Origin: Batkoa obscura
Lineage: Eukaryota
Assembly: GCA_030770535.1 (NCBI GenBank)
Contig: JASVEC010000023.1
Location: 434,001-498,000 of the forward strand
DNA: 64,000 bases
Direction of reading: 5' to 3'
Shown: piece by piece, positions 1 to 12,540 of the stretch
Layout of the letters: the number at the start of each line of letters is the position of its first letter
Position numbering within the stretch: position 1 is the first letter of the stretch
The notes under the pieces: model-generated
Database searches by the model: none
What the model saw: the letters and a program-made list of their open reading frames with translations, nothing else
Told to the model about the DNA's origin: nothing
Translations under genes and position numbers: made by a program

Positions 1-700
1 CTTGTGAGTCAATTAATAAGTAATTGGGCAACTGATTATAGTTTATTTTTTTTAATGATTCTTTTGAAACAAATTGAGGTGATGCTTTTTTCCATTTATT
101 TATATCATCTCCAAATGCTGGTATAATGTATTCATTCTTATAGCCTTTGTATCTATTAACTAAAGATGGAATATCAAATATACCACCAATAGAAATAACA
201 CCTTTAATATTTTTAAGTTGATTCAACTGTTTATTATCATCAGTATAATTACTACCATCTAATGCCATTAAAGCACTCAAATGAGCACCAGCAGAATGAC
301 CACCTAAATAAATCTTATTATATCCTTTTAAACTAAGTGTGATGTTTGTAAATCCATTTAACGAATCTTTTAAATGAGCTGGATGTTGTATACTTGATAT
401 CTGATTTTTTTGACTTAATCTATAATGTAAGATAGCAGTAGTGATATTTTTTTCAGCTAATTTATTAGCCATAATTCTACTTGGCTCAATATCTTCACTA
501 ACCCAAGCACCACCTAATAACCAAACTAACAATGGAGAATCCTTAACATTTGATTTTGGAGTAACTAATTCATAATAATTGTTTTGTTTGATATTGTAAC
601 TACATCTTAGAATATTAGTAGAACAGCTCTTAAATTCGAATATAAGGTGTTATCATCCTTTCTTTAAACGACCACATAGCACTGATTAAAGCAACTCATA
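1..700 (-). pseudogene. Alpha/beta-hydrolase paralog, probable pseudogene; runs off left edge
   Basis: Core NNYYELVTP...ESLKKINYNQLPNYLLIDSQ is near-identical to the intact copies. The upstream frame hits TGA/TAA with no ATG. A degenerate signal-peptide-like L*VALISAMW ends at a MITE (709). Confidence 0.75.
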
Positions 701-708
701 AAGCATGT

Positions 709-809
709 GGAGATGTTTTTTTTAGTTTCATTATTTTTTTCGATTTTTTAAGTACTATTTCAACAAAAAAAATCGTTGGTAAAATTACTAAATAAAAAAA
801 TACATCCCC
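709..809 (-). mobile_element. MITE (~100-bp family)
   Basis: Matches family consensus GGGGATGTATTTTTGTGTTTAAGAATTTTACTAACAA..TTTCCRCTCAAATAGYGCTTAAAARATGGAAAAAGTAATGAAGCCAAAAAAAACATCCCC. Confidence 0.8.
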
Positions 810-959
810 ATATAACAAAATATAAGTAAATCGAAAAATGAGATTTATATCTATTTTGTTTTGTTGGACTTTTTATACTTTTTAGTAAACTATCATCCCT
901 TTAAAAAGAACCTCAGTTTAAAACTAATTAAACTTTCTGTTCTTGTATTTTCACCAATT

Positions 960-1057
960 GGGGATATATTTTTATGTTTAAGAATTTTGCTATAATCTTT
1001 CCACTCAAATAGCGCTTGAAAAATGGAAAAAGTAATGAAACCAAAAAAAACAGCCCC
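960..1057 (+). mobile_element. MITE
   Basis: Consensus match; TSD AATT. Confidence 0.9.
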
Positions 1058-3303
1058 AATTGTTCTTTTATTGTCATTAAAATTATTTTCATCTTTTTAT
1101 AACTTTATCTCTTAGTCAAAATAAATATCAAGTTTCCAACAAATCCTTTGTCATTACATTGTATAAAAGAATTTATTAAAATAAATTGAATAAATTTACT
1201 TCTATTTTATTTAGTTTAACTAAATAGTTTCATAACAAACATCATTACATAAGGTAATTATAGTCAAAGATTCACTAACTTTTTTCGAACTTCCAAAAGC
1301 TTTCATCTAAATATTTTATTGGCCAATAATAAAAATAAATAAAGAGACTTCAGATGACTAATTGCAGTAAAATTCAGTATAAGAAAACTCATTAAGGCCA
1401 TAACTTAAATATACATATTATGCATCTAATTGCTTATTTGATTTGGAAATAGTATAAGTGTTTTTATCAAAGCTTTTGATGGCCATAATATTACAATAAA
1501 TAGTATAGCCATTTAAGCAAAGTTATACATAGGGTTATGATTTAAGGTAAACATTATAATATGATAAATAATCTTCAAGATGCTTGTATGTTATGTGTTT
1601 GGATACATTGAATTTTGAAAAGCGGCTACCCTTTAATTGTATTATGATTTTTTATTAAGTAATGCAGTAAAAGCTTATTTTCTATAATTAAAAGATTCTA
1701 AATTTACATGTATTAAAGGACAGATACTAATTTAGATGTAATTGATGTATCTACTCAGTACTATATGGCGGGTTTTACCCCAATGTGTTTTTTAGTTAAA
1801 ACAATTTACATAATACTATAAAATTAATGATAATATTTACTTGGAGCTAATCGTGCCTATAAAATAATAGGTAGTTAATATCTTTTTTTGGTTTTTTTAC
1901 AGATACTTGTTTCAAACAAGCAGCTGATTTATTGTAATTCGCTTTTTTAATAAAGTTTATAGTTTTTTAAAGAGTTCAGTTGGTGATGTTTATCTTTTCA
2001 GAAAGCTCTCTAAAGTCTTTAGGGTTATTGAACACACAAGAACTCTTTAATAATAATACAAAGTTATTAATAGTGAGGTATCAAACACATTTATTCTTCT
2101 AATAATACATCTATTTTAATATGATCATAATAATCTTTCTAGCTGCAAGTTAGGCTATTCGCTTTAATATGGTAATACGCTTTTTTATCTAATCTATAAT
2201 TACCCATTGGTGTAATTAAATGCAATTTAACTGATGAACGGTTTGTATATTTGGTGTTGGGCAGTGAGTTGTAGTTTCAAAGTTTAAAAATCTTTGTAGC
2301 AACTCGTAAGTAATAATATGATCCAGTTCTAAATGTAGTCTGATGCTAATATTTGTACGAAAACATTCCACCAAGGGAGGAAGGGTATGGCCTCACTGAG
2401 CGTAAAAAGTGTTAAGGTTTATTAAATGGAATCATTTGGCAATTTTGAAAAACAACACTAAATGATAAACTGGTTTTTTGATTAGCTTATTTTCTTTAAA
2501 GCTGTCAGATGGCACACATCTCCATGTCAAGCTCTGGAATATGAACTGACAAGATCATCAACTTTTACTATAACATGAAGTTAAAGTAAACCCTTCCCTC
2601 TTTAGAGACCGTGCTAACCATCATCAACCAACCTTATGAAGTTTTCAATGTTGTTAAACATTGTTACGAAATATACTAAACATGTGATCCTGTAAAGTAC
2701 AGTCGATAAGGTTTATTAAAGAAGGTGCATGGTAGCTTATATATCCCTTAATTTTAGAGCTTATGGGATCATGTTTCAGCTGAACTTTTGAAGCCAATCA
2801 ATATTGACAACTAAGTTAAAATTCTTGGGTTTTTTTATTAAGTTTAGCATTCTGAATTTAAATTAAAAAAATTAATTTTATAAAATTTAGACTTAAAATC
2901 AAAAATTATAGCCTCATTGTAAGATACGAATAATACAGCTTTACTAATCGACTAGTCATTTTTTAGTCTGGACTAGGACTAATTGATTAATGAACTATAT
3001 TTTACTTATTGTATTTACCCTTTCAATTTATAATTTGTACTATAAATATTAATCATTTTCAAATCTGTCTGTTTACCCGTCAACCTCCAAGTTTAAAATC
3101 CAATTAAACATAAATAGAATTTGTTAATAGTATTATTAAAATTATGATTATTAACATATTAAAAAATAAACCGAAATGAATAAAAACAAAGTAGAAAATA
3201 AAAATGTTTGATATATTTAATATTTAATTTAAGATAATACATATAACGATAGAAAGCATAATAGCATTTAACCTTAAGGCTTAAAGTGAAGGAAGTCTGC
3301 CAA

Positions 3304-4209
3304 TTATTTTGAAATAAACTTATAAATCATGTCAACAACGTTTGCGTTTTGAGGTATGTTATTGTGATCTCCGAATTTATCATCTACTACTTGGATGTTA
3401 TTAAATCCTAATCCTTTTAGATGGGATGCGAATTCAGTTGTTTGTTCGGTATTTACCAGAGTATCTTCTTGTGAGTCAATTAATAAATATTTAGGTAGTT
3501 GATTATAACCTATATCATTTAATGATTCTTTTGAAACAAATTGAGGTGATGCTTTCTTCCATTTATTTATATCATCTCCAAATGCTGGTACAATGTATTC
3601 ATTCTTATAGCCTTTGTATCTATTAACTAAAGATGGAATATCAAATATACCACCAATAGAAATAACACCTTTAATATTTTTAAGTTGATTCAACTGTTTA
3701 TTATCATCAGTATAATTACTACCATCTAATGCCATTAAAGCACTCAAATGAGCACCAGCAGAATGACCACCTAAATAAATCTTATTATATCCTTTTAAAC
3801 TAAGTGTGATGTTTGTAAATCCATTTAACGAATCTTTTAAATGAGCTGGATGTTGTATATTTGATATCTGATTTTTTTGACTTAATCTATAATGTAAAAT
3901 AGCAGTAGTGATATTTTTTTCAGCTAATTTATTAGCCATAATTCTACTTGGCTCAATATCTTCACTAACCCAAGCACCACCTAATAACCAAACTAACAAT
4001 GGAGAATCCTTAACATTTGATTTTGGAGTAACTAACTCATAATAATTATTTTGTTTGCTATCATAGTTATATTTTGAAGTCATAATATATTCTACTTGGA
4101 CATCTGAAGTTGGGATAGCAGCATTCAGCTTTGTGACAGTGCCTGTAGGCCACATACCAATGACGAAAGTAGTCCATAATGTAAATAATGAGAAAGAAGC
4201 GAATTTCAT
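3304..4209 (-). CDS. Secreted alpha/beta-hydrolase (HSL family, kynurenine formamidase-like), 301 aa, intronless
   Basis: ATG at 4209 (the ORF track starts at a TTG). Hydrophobic N-terminus, LGGAW oxyanion motif, GHSAG nucleophile, DTLV acid and GDH histidine. Confidence 0.9.
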   Translation of the reverse strand: MKFASFSLFTLWTTFVIGMWPTGTVTKLNAAIPTSDVQVEYIMTSKYNYDSKQNNYYELVTPKSNVKDSPLLVWLLGGAWVSEDIEPSRIMANKLAEKNITTAILHYRLSQKNQISNIQHPAHLKDSLNGFTNITLSLKGYNKIYLGGHSAGAHLSALMALDGSNYTDDNKQLNQLKNIKGVISIGGIFDIPSLVNRYKGYKNEYIVPAFGDDINKWKKASPQFVSKESLNDIGYNQLPKYLLIDSQEDTLVNTEQTTEFASHLKGLGFNNIQVVDDKFGDHNNIPQNANVVDMIYKFISK

Positions 4210-5543
4210 ATTCAAATCTACAACTGATTTTTTTCTAATTTGTTATGCTATTGTTCTTGCAATTTTGTGGCTTATTTATACTTTTCGAAGATAGCGTTAT
4301 TATTCCCCTAAGAACCTTAATTTGATAAATCTCTTTAGGTTAAACTAATGTTTATATTATCATAGAATGAATACTGTATTACATAAGGTTGTAGCCCTTA
4401 AGTATTATCGCAATTATTCAAATAAACTATTTTTTATATTATTTAACTTCAAAAATAGAAATTTTTCTCCATTTAAAGAATAAAACTTTAAAATATTCAG
4501 ATGGGTAAATTAGTTTAATAAAAAGCGACCTTGAATGAAATGAAATTAAAAATATTAATATTGCCCATGAACCTTTATTTTATTAAAAAAAATAATTAAA
4601 AAATAAAGTTTATAAACTTAAATTATAACTTTTAATTTCTTTATAGCTTATATTAAAAAAATTGATTTCAATTTTACCGATCTATATTTGGAATTTTATA
4701 GTTACTTAATATATGTGTTTTAATGAATTAAATAACGCTATTATCCTTATTGCTATTATTCAATTTAAACATTTAATACGCCCATTAATAAAATTTTTAT
4801 TAAACTATATTCAATATGACTTTTTTTTACTTAAAAGCTTTGTATATTACAACGAGTTACTATAAGCCCTAATTCATATTAATTAACAATCACCTAATTA
4901 TAGTATGCTGGGTCAAATTAATTTTGTATTTCATTTATATATTTATGGTATGTAACATCGTATTAATAATAAGTATAGCTTTTTTTTTGGTTTTACCCGA
5001 TATGAACCATATTATTAATTTATTTTTCACAATACAAATGAGTTGTTTTTGATACAGTAAATATATGGGCTATTATTATTAGTACCGGGTTTATTTTTAG
5101 GGATTTATTTAATTCAATGAAGTGTTACTTAATTGAATTTCGCATTTAATGGCACAATTTTCGATTTGATTAATTAATTTTATAAATTTTATAGCTTTCG
5201 AAAATAGCAACCTTTATCTATTAACCTTAAGCTGACTCGACTTATCTTCTCTTCTGCATATATTATGTCTAATTCATAATTTAGAACTATGAAGTTCAGA
5301 TATCTTTTTTAAGTAATAAAATAATATTTATTTGCATAAAGAAATGAAAAAAGTTGATTGAACATAGAAAAACAAAACTTGTAAGATACAAAATAAGTCA
5401 TATAGGATCAAGAAGGTTTACTAATACCTCAAATTTTTAAGGATTGCTTCATAATCTCTAATTCGATATTTCATTTATTATATCAACCAGTTGAGTAGAA
5501 ATAGCATTTGTAAAATATATTTCTTAAACTTCCGTAAAAACAA

Positions 5544-5549
5544 GCGGCT

Positions 5550-5593
<44 letters not shown>

Positions 5594-5616
5594 GCGTTCA
5601 ATCCGCGGTGGGCGCA
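5544..5616 (+). tRNA. tRNA-Phe (GAA), intronless
   Basis: 73-nt cloverleaf; anticodon arm TCAGA-CTGAAGA-TCTGA; T-loop GTTCAATC. Confidence 0.97.
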
Positions 5617-5713
5617 TTTATACCTTTTATACTATAAACAAGGTATCAGATCTTTTACAGCAGTCAATTATTTACTTTTGAACCAGATATACTTTGTACT
5701 AAATAATAATCTT

Positions 5714-5802
5714 GGGGATGTTCTTCCACTCAAAAAATTTGTCAACATTTTTTTACTGCTTAAAAAGTGAAAAAAATAATGAGACTCAAAATGGGACATC
5801 CC
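5714..5802 (+). mobile_element. MITE, diverged
   Basis: GGGGATGT...ACATCCC ends; partial internal match. Confidence 0.6.
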
Positions 5803-6277
5803 AATTTTGTAAAATAGTACAAGTAAAATTAAACAAAGTTCAAATCTTAATTTTGAAACAAAATCTGGTTTTTATCCAATAAAACAAACGTATACAAAGT
5901 TAGAAGCGAGATTAAGATGAAATACACTGAAAGGTAGAAAGGCCCTTAAAAAGAAAGAGGACTAAGGAGGTGACAAGTTTAAGAGTTATATTAAATAAAA
6001 GTGCTTTAAACAGAGGTCCTAATGGAATACTAAACTATTGTTTAAAATGTAGAATGAATGAAAATTATTTAATAAGACTCTTGAAATCAGGAAAGAGCGA
6101 ATCGAGAGTGGAAGAAAATATCAAATTTAATTTCTGAATTTGATGTCTTGTTTTAAGAACAATATTCGAAATAAAAATTTTGATCAAAATACTGAATCAA
6201 ATTTTTGGAATTTAATAATGAAATAGAATAAACAAAATCTGTGAGCTTTATAATTATTTAAAACTAAAAATCAATAT

Positions 6278-6376
6278 GGGAGTGCTTTTTTTGACTTCAT
6301 TATCTTTTCCATTCTTTAAATGCTATTTAAGCGGAAAATTTATTAGTAAAATTCTTAAACACAAAAATATATCTCC
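6278..6376 (-). mobile_element. MITE
   Basis: Consensus match; TSD ATAT. Confidence 0.9.
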
Positions 6377-7080
6377 ATATAGACGCAATAAATATGTTTT
6401 CTTAAACATATAAATTGAATTTAGTATATTAACCCACATCATAAGATTTTATAATAAAGTTTGCTAAATTTATTAAAAAATTAATATAATGATTGTCATA
6501 TTTAGATACTATTGGTTTGGGTGAAAAATGGCATAAATTTTAATATAAACACTGTCATTTTTCGAACTTGAAGAATAATAAAAGGCAATTTAAAATAAAT
6601 CATTTTTAATTTATTATTAATGGGGAGTAATAGTATATATTTTATAAAAGAATGTAGTATTGCTATTTGTTTATATTTGAATTTTTATGATGTTTTGGTT
6701 TTGATGTATCATGTTCGAATATGATGTTTTTGTTGTTGGATCATTTTTATATTGTAGTTTTGTATAATTTGGAATTTAAAACTACTAGTTTTCTTAGTAA
6801 TTGAAATATATTAATTTAGATTCAAATGCTCCAAACACAATAATTGAAGTCATTTTGTATATTAATAATAAAAATATCAAACCAAAGTTTATTTTTTAAA
6901 TAGAGCTAATAAAAAGTAGTGTAGTTCTGGTTAAAGAATAAAAATTCTAAATTGTAAAAATGAAATATTAACTAATAAAATAGATGAAGATTATGAGCAC
7001 TATATGATTAACAAACCTGATTAAAAAAAACCATAAACTATATATAGCAGAAAAAATGAAACAAAATAAGGTCAAACAAC

Positions 7081-7983
7081 ATGAAGTTAAATAACACTTT
7101 ACTCTTGACTTTTGTATGGATTGCTTCAATCAATAGTGTAGTTATTGGAACCACTGCAACAAACAGTAGCCCCAGTTCAACTCTTATATCTCATCTGAAA
7201 TCTATTGTTACTTCAAAATACGATTATGGAAGTGATGAAAATAATTATTATGAGTTAGTTACTCCAAAATCAAATGTTAAGGATTCTCCATTGTTAGTTT
7301 GGTTATTAGGTGGTGCTTGGGTTAGTGAAGATATTGAACCAAGTAGAATTATGGCTAATAAATTAGCTGAAAAAAATATCACTACTGCTATTTTACATTA
7401 TAGATTAAGTCAAAAAAATCAGGTATCAAGTATACAACATCCAGGTCATTTAAAAGATTCGTTAAATGGATTTACAAACATCACACTTAGTTTAAAAGGA
7501 TACAATAAGATTTATTTAGGTGGTCATTCTGCTGGTGCTCATTTGAGTGCTTTAATGGCATTAGATGGTAGTAATTATACTGATGATAATAAACAGTTGA
7601 ATCAACTTAAGAATATTAAAGGTGTTATTTCTATTGGTGGTATATTTGATATTCCATCTTTAGTTAATAGATACAAAGGCTATAAGAATGAATACATTGT
7701 ACCAGCATTTGGAGATGATATAAATAAATGGAAGAAAGTATCACCTCAATTTGTTTCAAAAGAATCATTAAATGATATAGGTTATAATCAACTACCTAAA
7801 TATTTATTGATTGATTCTCAGGAGGATACCTTGGTGAATTTAGAGCAAACGCTTGAATTCACAACTCACTTAAAAAGATTGGGATTTGCTAAAATTCAAA
7901 TAGCAAGTGGTGTATTTGGAGATCACAACCTTATCCCTCAAAACACAAACGTTGTTGATAAGATCTACAAGTTTATTTCGTAG
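7081..7983 (+). CDS. Secreted alpha/beta-hydrolase paralog, 300 aa
   Basis: Signal-peptide-like N-terminus and the same catalytic motifs; core near-identical to paralogs. Confidence 0.9.
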   Translation: MKLNNTLLLTFVWIASINSVVIGTTATNSSPSSTLISHLKSIVTSKYDYGSDENNYYELVTPKSNVKDSPLLVWLLGGAWVSEDIEPSRIMANKLAEKNITTAILHYRLSQKNQVSSIQHPGHLKDSLNGFTNITLSLKGYNKIYLGGHSAGAHLSALMALDGSNYTDDNKQLNQLKNIKGVISIGGIFDIPSLVNRYKGYKNEYIVPAFGDDINKWKKVSPQFVSKESLNDIGYNQLPKYLLIDSQEDTLVNLEQTLEFTTHLKRLGFAKIQIASGVFGDHNLIPQNTNVVDKIYKFIS

Positions 7984-8731
7984 TATTTACTACTTTAATA
8001 ATAAAAGATGCTTTACGTCTTTAAGTTGTACTTTATGATTTACAATTATTTATGAATAATATTTATAAACAAATGACATGTTTTCTCTTTTCCTAAAACT
8101 TTTTTTTAATCATATGAATTATGTTTTAAATTGCCGTTTTTTTTAAAAAATAATCAATAAAAGCAATGTTTATTGGTGTACTAACACAAATGTAACAGGT
8201 TAAAGGATTTCCATTACTTCATATTTTGTATGGTAGAAAAAGAAATGCCTTTCAAAATAATGAGTAAGGTTATCATAAATAAATTTTTACTTTAAAAATA
8301 GCAACAATGTAAACAGAATCATGAAAGTTTTCGTTAAAATATCGTATATTTTTAATATAACCATATTAAAAACCCGATGGTTATTAAAATTCACAGCATA
8401 ATAACATTTCTTAATAATATTTTATGATAGCGGCACGGCTTAATTAAGACCAATATATAGCAAGCGCCAAAAATTGAAGAAAAAGCACAGTTATACCAAG
8501 CAAAGATAAAGATTAAAAAACCATACAACGGGTAATTTAGATTCTGGTTGATAAATTCCAAAATAAGGTAGTAGGATATAGACAGGAACATAATAAATCG
8601 AAAAGTAATTAAAACGAATAGATCCAGGTATATGATAAAACATCTGACAATGGGCTAAGGTTCTTAGAGAAATAATGTCAATAAGTATAAAAAGGTTAAT
8701 AAAATAAAGCATAACAAATATAAACCTAAAC

Positions 8732-9619
8732 ATGCAATTATTTTATACTCTTTTAACTACATTATGGGTCTTTTCTGTGAAATCAATGTGGTACAACAAT
8801 TCCATGCCAGAACTTTTTGTTAATGCTAATAATATACAAAATATTGTTCCAAAATATTATTATCATAACAACCAAAATAATTATTATGAGTTAGTTACTC
8901 CAAAATCAAATGTTAAGGATTCTCCATTATTAGTTTGGTTGTTAGGTGGTGCTTGGGTTAGTGAAGATATTGAGCCAAGTAGAATTATGGCTAATAAATT
9001 AGCTGAAAAAAATATCACTACTGCTATTTTACATTATAGATTAAGTCAAAAAAATCAGATATCAAATATACAACATCCAGCTCATTTAAAAGATTCGTTA
9101 AATGGATTTACAAACATCACACTTAGTTTAAAAGGATATAATAAGATTTATTTAGGTGGTCATTCTGCTGGTGCTCATTTGAGTGCTTTAATGGCATTAG
9201 ATGGTAGTAATTATACTGATGATAATAAACAGTTGAATCAACTTAAAAATATTAAAGGTGTTATTTCTATTGGTGGTATATTTGATATTCCATCTTTAGT
9301 TAATAGATACAAAGGCTATAAGAATGAATACATTGTACCAGCATTTGGAGATGATATAAATAAATGGAAGAAAGTATCACCTCAATTTGTTTCAAAAGAA
9401 TCATTAAATGATATAGGTTACAATCAACTACCTAAATATTTATTAATTGACTCACAAGAAGATACTCTGGTAAATACCGAACAAACAACTGAATTCGCAT
9501 CCCATCTAAAAGGATTAGGATTTAATAACATCCAAGTAGTAGATGATAAATTCGGAGATCATAACAATATACCACAAAACGTAGATGTTGTTGATCGAAT
9601 TTACAAATTTCTTGTATGA
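8732..9619 (+). CDS. Secreted alpha/beta-hydrolase paralog, 295 aa
   Basis: Same motifs; C-terminal part shared with the 3304 copy. Confidence 0.9.
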   Translation: MQLFYTLLTTLWVFSVKSMWYNNSMPELFVNANNIQNIVPKYYYHNNQNNYYELVTPKSNVKDSPLLVWLLGGAWVSEDIEPSRIMANKLAEKNITTAILHYRLSQKNQISNIQHPAHLKDSLNGFTNITLSLKGYNKIYLGGHSAGAHLSALMALDGSNYTDDNKQLNQLKNIKGVISIGGIFDIPSLVNRYKGYKNEYIVPAFGDDINKWKKVSPQFVSKESLNDIGYNQLPKYLLIDSQEDTLVNTEQTTEFASHLKGLGFNNIQVVDDKFGDHNNIPQNVDVVDRIYKFLV

Positions 9620-10474
9620 TATTTCTTACTACATAAATAAAACTATTTATTGAAATAGTTTATACGACTATTGTCATATATTGGTTGATTCATTGTTTTT
9701 TGTTTAGATATCGTATGTATTAAAATACCTGATAAACTCTTTTGTTTATTATAAGCGGAATTGCACTCATCTTATTTTTTCAAGCCAATCCTTAATGATA
9801 ACGAGCCTGACCCATCAAATTTATCCAGCCTAGTAAAAAATTTGACTTTGACATAAAATTTTAATCAAAAAGCTATGCTTGATTGGGACAAAGTTTTTTG
9901 ATAACTTGGTACCTAGAGGGTTGATAATGATATAGCTACATTTTTGGGGGGCTATATGGCGAAAAAATGCTACTATTATATTGGAAATAATAAATGAGTA
10001 AAAAAATGTTATTTTATTTAAGAGTAAAGTATTTTTATGCTTAATCTTATAAAATCTTAGTTTTTAAAAAAACTATATTAAACAAACTTATATCCTTTTT
10101 AATATAAACTGGTTAAATTCGTGAGATAAAAATTACAAAATTTATAAATGCTAGGATATTATTAGGGGCTGTCCTAATTGGTTTCAGAATCTACTTAGAA
10201 ATTAATCCAAATTTAAAATTCCAAGTTTGTGTTCAATATAACGGTTAAATCTAAAAAGCCTAAAATTAAATGTCTCTATTTAAAACTTATTTTAATTGTT
10301 TCCTTTTCTTAAATAGCTAATTTTCCTAACTATATATTTTATGTTAGTTCTGTTAGATATTTAACAGATATATAATATATAACTATATGATTATATAATT
10401 ATATAAATACATAATTATATAAACACAGTTATTTGACTTTATTTGACTTTATTTTTTGTTGAAATAAAAATAAA

Positions 10475-12178
10475 ATGCAAACTTTCATAACTAAACTTCG
10501 AAATGGAATTTTTGAAAACTTCAATACAATAGGGAGGAGTACACAATATAAACATTGTAATTCATTTACATCAATTTTAAAAGCTACTTATAACAACCCA
10601 AGGTTCATGGAATTTTATAATAAAACAAAACAAAGAAAAGATATATTATCAAAGTTTACTATCGATAATAATAAACTTAATCAAGTAATGTATAAAATTA
10701 GTGCTTTAAGGGAAACAGGAAACAAAAGTCAGCAAGTAGCGTTATTATCAACTATAGCTTCAGTATATTCTTTTGATGAATGTAAGAGTTTTGGGTTTAA
10801 TATAAATAGAAATCAATATGATTATTCAAAAACAAGTAATAATAATAAAATATCAACATTAAAACCTATTATTAAAAATACAAAAAAAATTAAAGATGAC
10901 CAAATTGAAACTATCATACAATATTTACTAAATGATTCAACTATTTCATCAAGATTTAATAAAAAAAATAACGATAGTAAATATTCATCAGATAATATAT
11001 ATATATTAAATAAAAGTAGAAGAATGATATATAGTAAATATTTGAATGATCTAAGAGATAAAGCAGTAGCTAGGTCAACGTTCTTTAAATATATACCAAG
11101 TAATTTCAAAAATCCAGCAAGAAAAACGGATCTATGTAATATATGTACCCAGTATACAGTTAGGAAAAAGTTATTTGAAAATAAAATAAATACAGCAAAA
11201 AACAAAACAGAGATAGAAGAAATTTTCAACGAAGAAGAAAAGTTATACAAATTACATAAATTCTGTGTTGATACTCAAAAAAACACATTTAATGAAACTA
11301 TCAAAAAATTAAATAACAAAAGTTGTATAATAGTTTTAGATTTTAAACAAAATATGGAAATAGGGACAAGACCAGATTCAATAAATCTAGATCATTATAA
11401 TAAACAAGCTATATCAGTATTAGGCTTTGGTGTATTATATTTAAAAGATGATAAAACAATAGGCAAAGTTTACTTTGATTATTTATCTGAAATATTGAAT
11501 CATGATTCAGCATATGCAGGAGATTGTTTAATCGATTTAATCTCTACAGAGCTTCTATTTAAAAAGTTTACAAAAATTAATATATGGGCAGATACAGGAA
11601 ATCATTTTAGATCCCAAGAGTTCTTACATTATATGTTTAAAGAAATTCATAAAATAAATAGTAGTTTGAATGTTAATCTTAATTTTTTTGCTGAGCATCA
11701 TGGAAAAAGTATAGTTGATGGACATTTTGGAAACCTTTCAAAATGGAAAAGTAGTTTTGAAGCGTTAGGTAAAATAGAAGATATCGATCAATTAATTTCA
11801 AGATTTGAGGCTTTTATTTGTGAGCATAATAAAATTAATAACTCGACTGTTAATAATGGGAAAACAGATATAATTTTTAAAAAGTATAAAAGAAACAAAA
11901 ATACAAAAAGAATAATAGAGATGCAGGGCATTAAGAAGTATTTACACTTTATTAAACATAACAATAAACTACATTGTTATCCAGTATCTGATACATCAAA
12001 AAAAAGCGATATAGTCCCAATTAAAGTTATAGAGTCTATAGAAAACAGAAAAATTAAAAGATCGATCCCAGCTTACCTTACGAAGATAACAGAGAATTTA
12101 AAAATTTCGATATTTACTAAGCAAGTAAGTAGTTTGTTGAATGATAGAAATAGATTGTTAAATGTTAGGATTACTTAA
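10475..12178 (+). CDS. DDD-type transposase (Sola superfamily-like), 567 aa
   Basis: Motifs KTDLCNIC..H, VLDFKQN, IWADTGNHFR and FAEHHGKSIVDGHFG; ORF enclosed by TIRs. Confidence 0.85.
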   Translation: MQTFITKLRNGIFENFNTIGRSTQYKHCNSFTSILKATYNNPRFMEFYNKTKQRKDILSKFTIDNNKLNQVMYKISALRETGNKSQQVALLSTIASVYSFDECKSFGFNINRNQYDYSKTSNNNKISTLKPIIKNTKKIKDDQIETIIQYLLNDSTISSRFNKKNNDSKYSSDNIYILNKSRRMIYSKYLNDLRDKAVARSTFFKYIPSNFKNPARKTDLCNICTQYTVRKKLFENKINTAKNKTEIEEIFNEEEKLYKLHKFCVDTQKNTFNETIKKLNNKSCIIVLDFKQNMEIGTRPDSINLDHYNKQAISVLGFGVLYLKDDKTIGKVYFDYLSEILNHDSAYAGDCLIDLISTELLFKKFTKINIWADTGNHFRSQEFLHYMFKEIHKINSSLNVNLNFFAEHHGKSIVDGHFGNLSKWKSSFEALGKIEDIDQLISRFEAFICEHNKINNSTVNNGKTDIIFKKYKRNKNTKRIIEMQGIKKYLHFIKHNNKLHCYPVSDTSKKSDIVPIKVIESIENRKIKRSIPAYLTKITENLKISIFTKQVSSLLNDRNRLLNVRIT

Positions 12179-12179
12179 G

Positions 12180-12540
12180 TTATTAATAGCTAAGTTAATA
12201 AATAGTCAAAGAACAAGTAACTGTAATAATATGTAAAAACTATTATTACTTGTACTATATAGGGATGGTCAATTATAGTTTTGGGGCTGACCACTCCCTC
12301 CCATGCAGCTATTTATTAACTTGGCAATATATTAATAATGTAATTATAACATTAAAGTAGTTTATTTATTTGATAATAAATCTACAATGTTGGTTATAAA
12401 GCAGTTGATAATAAATATTTCTCAATTAAGCTTTATAAGAACATGTATTTAAGATCTAGTAGAAATTCAACTAACTTACAGTATGAGCTATAATATAATG
12501 GTTTAGAACTGTGTTTGGGTACTTTTGTTTTAATAAAAGA
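12180..12540 (+). ncRNA. Candidate structured RNA downstream of the transposase stop
   Basis: At least seven hand-derived stems with G-U pairs on the + strand; pairing-preserving substitutions in relic copies. No expression evidence. Confidence 0.55.

Noticed and set aside
10822..11250. Hydrophobic 142-aa antisense ORF (also 44041-44469)
   Set aside because: Antisense shadow of A-rich transposase codons.
10475..12178. Fanzor/TnpB identity for the 567-aa ORF
   Set aside because: No RuvC-type motifs or C-terminal zinc finger seen; the motifs fit a DDD transposase.
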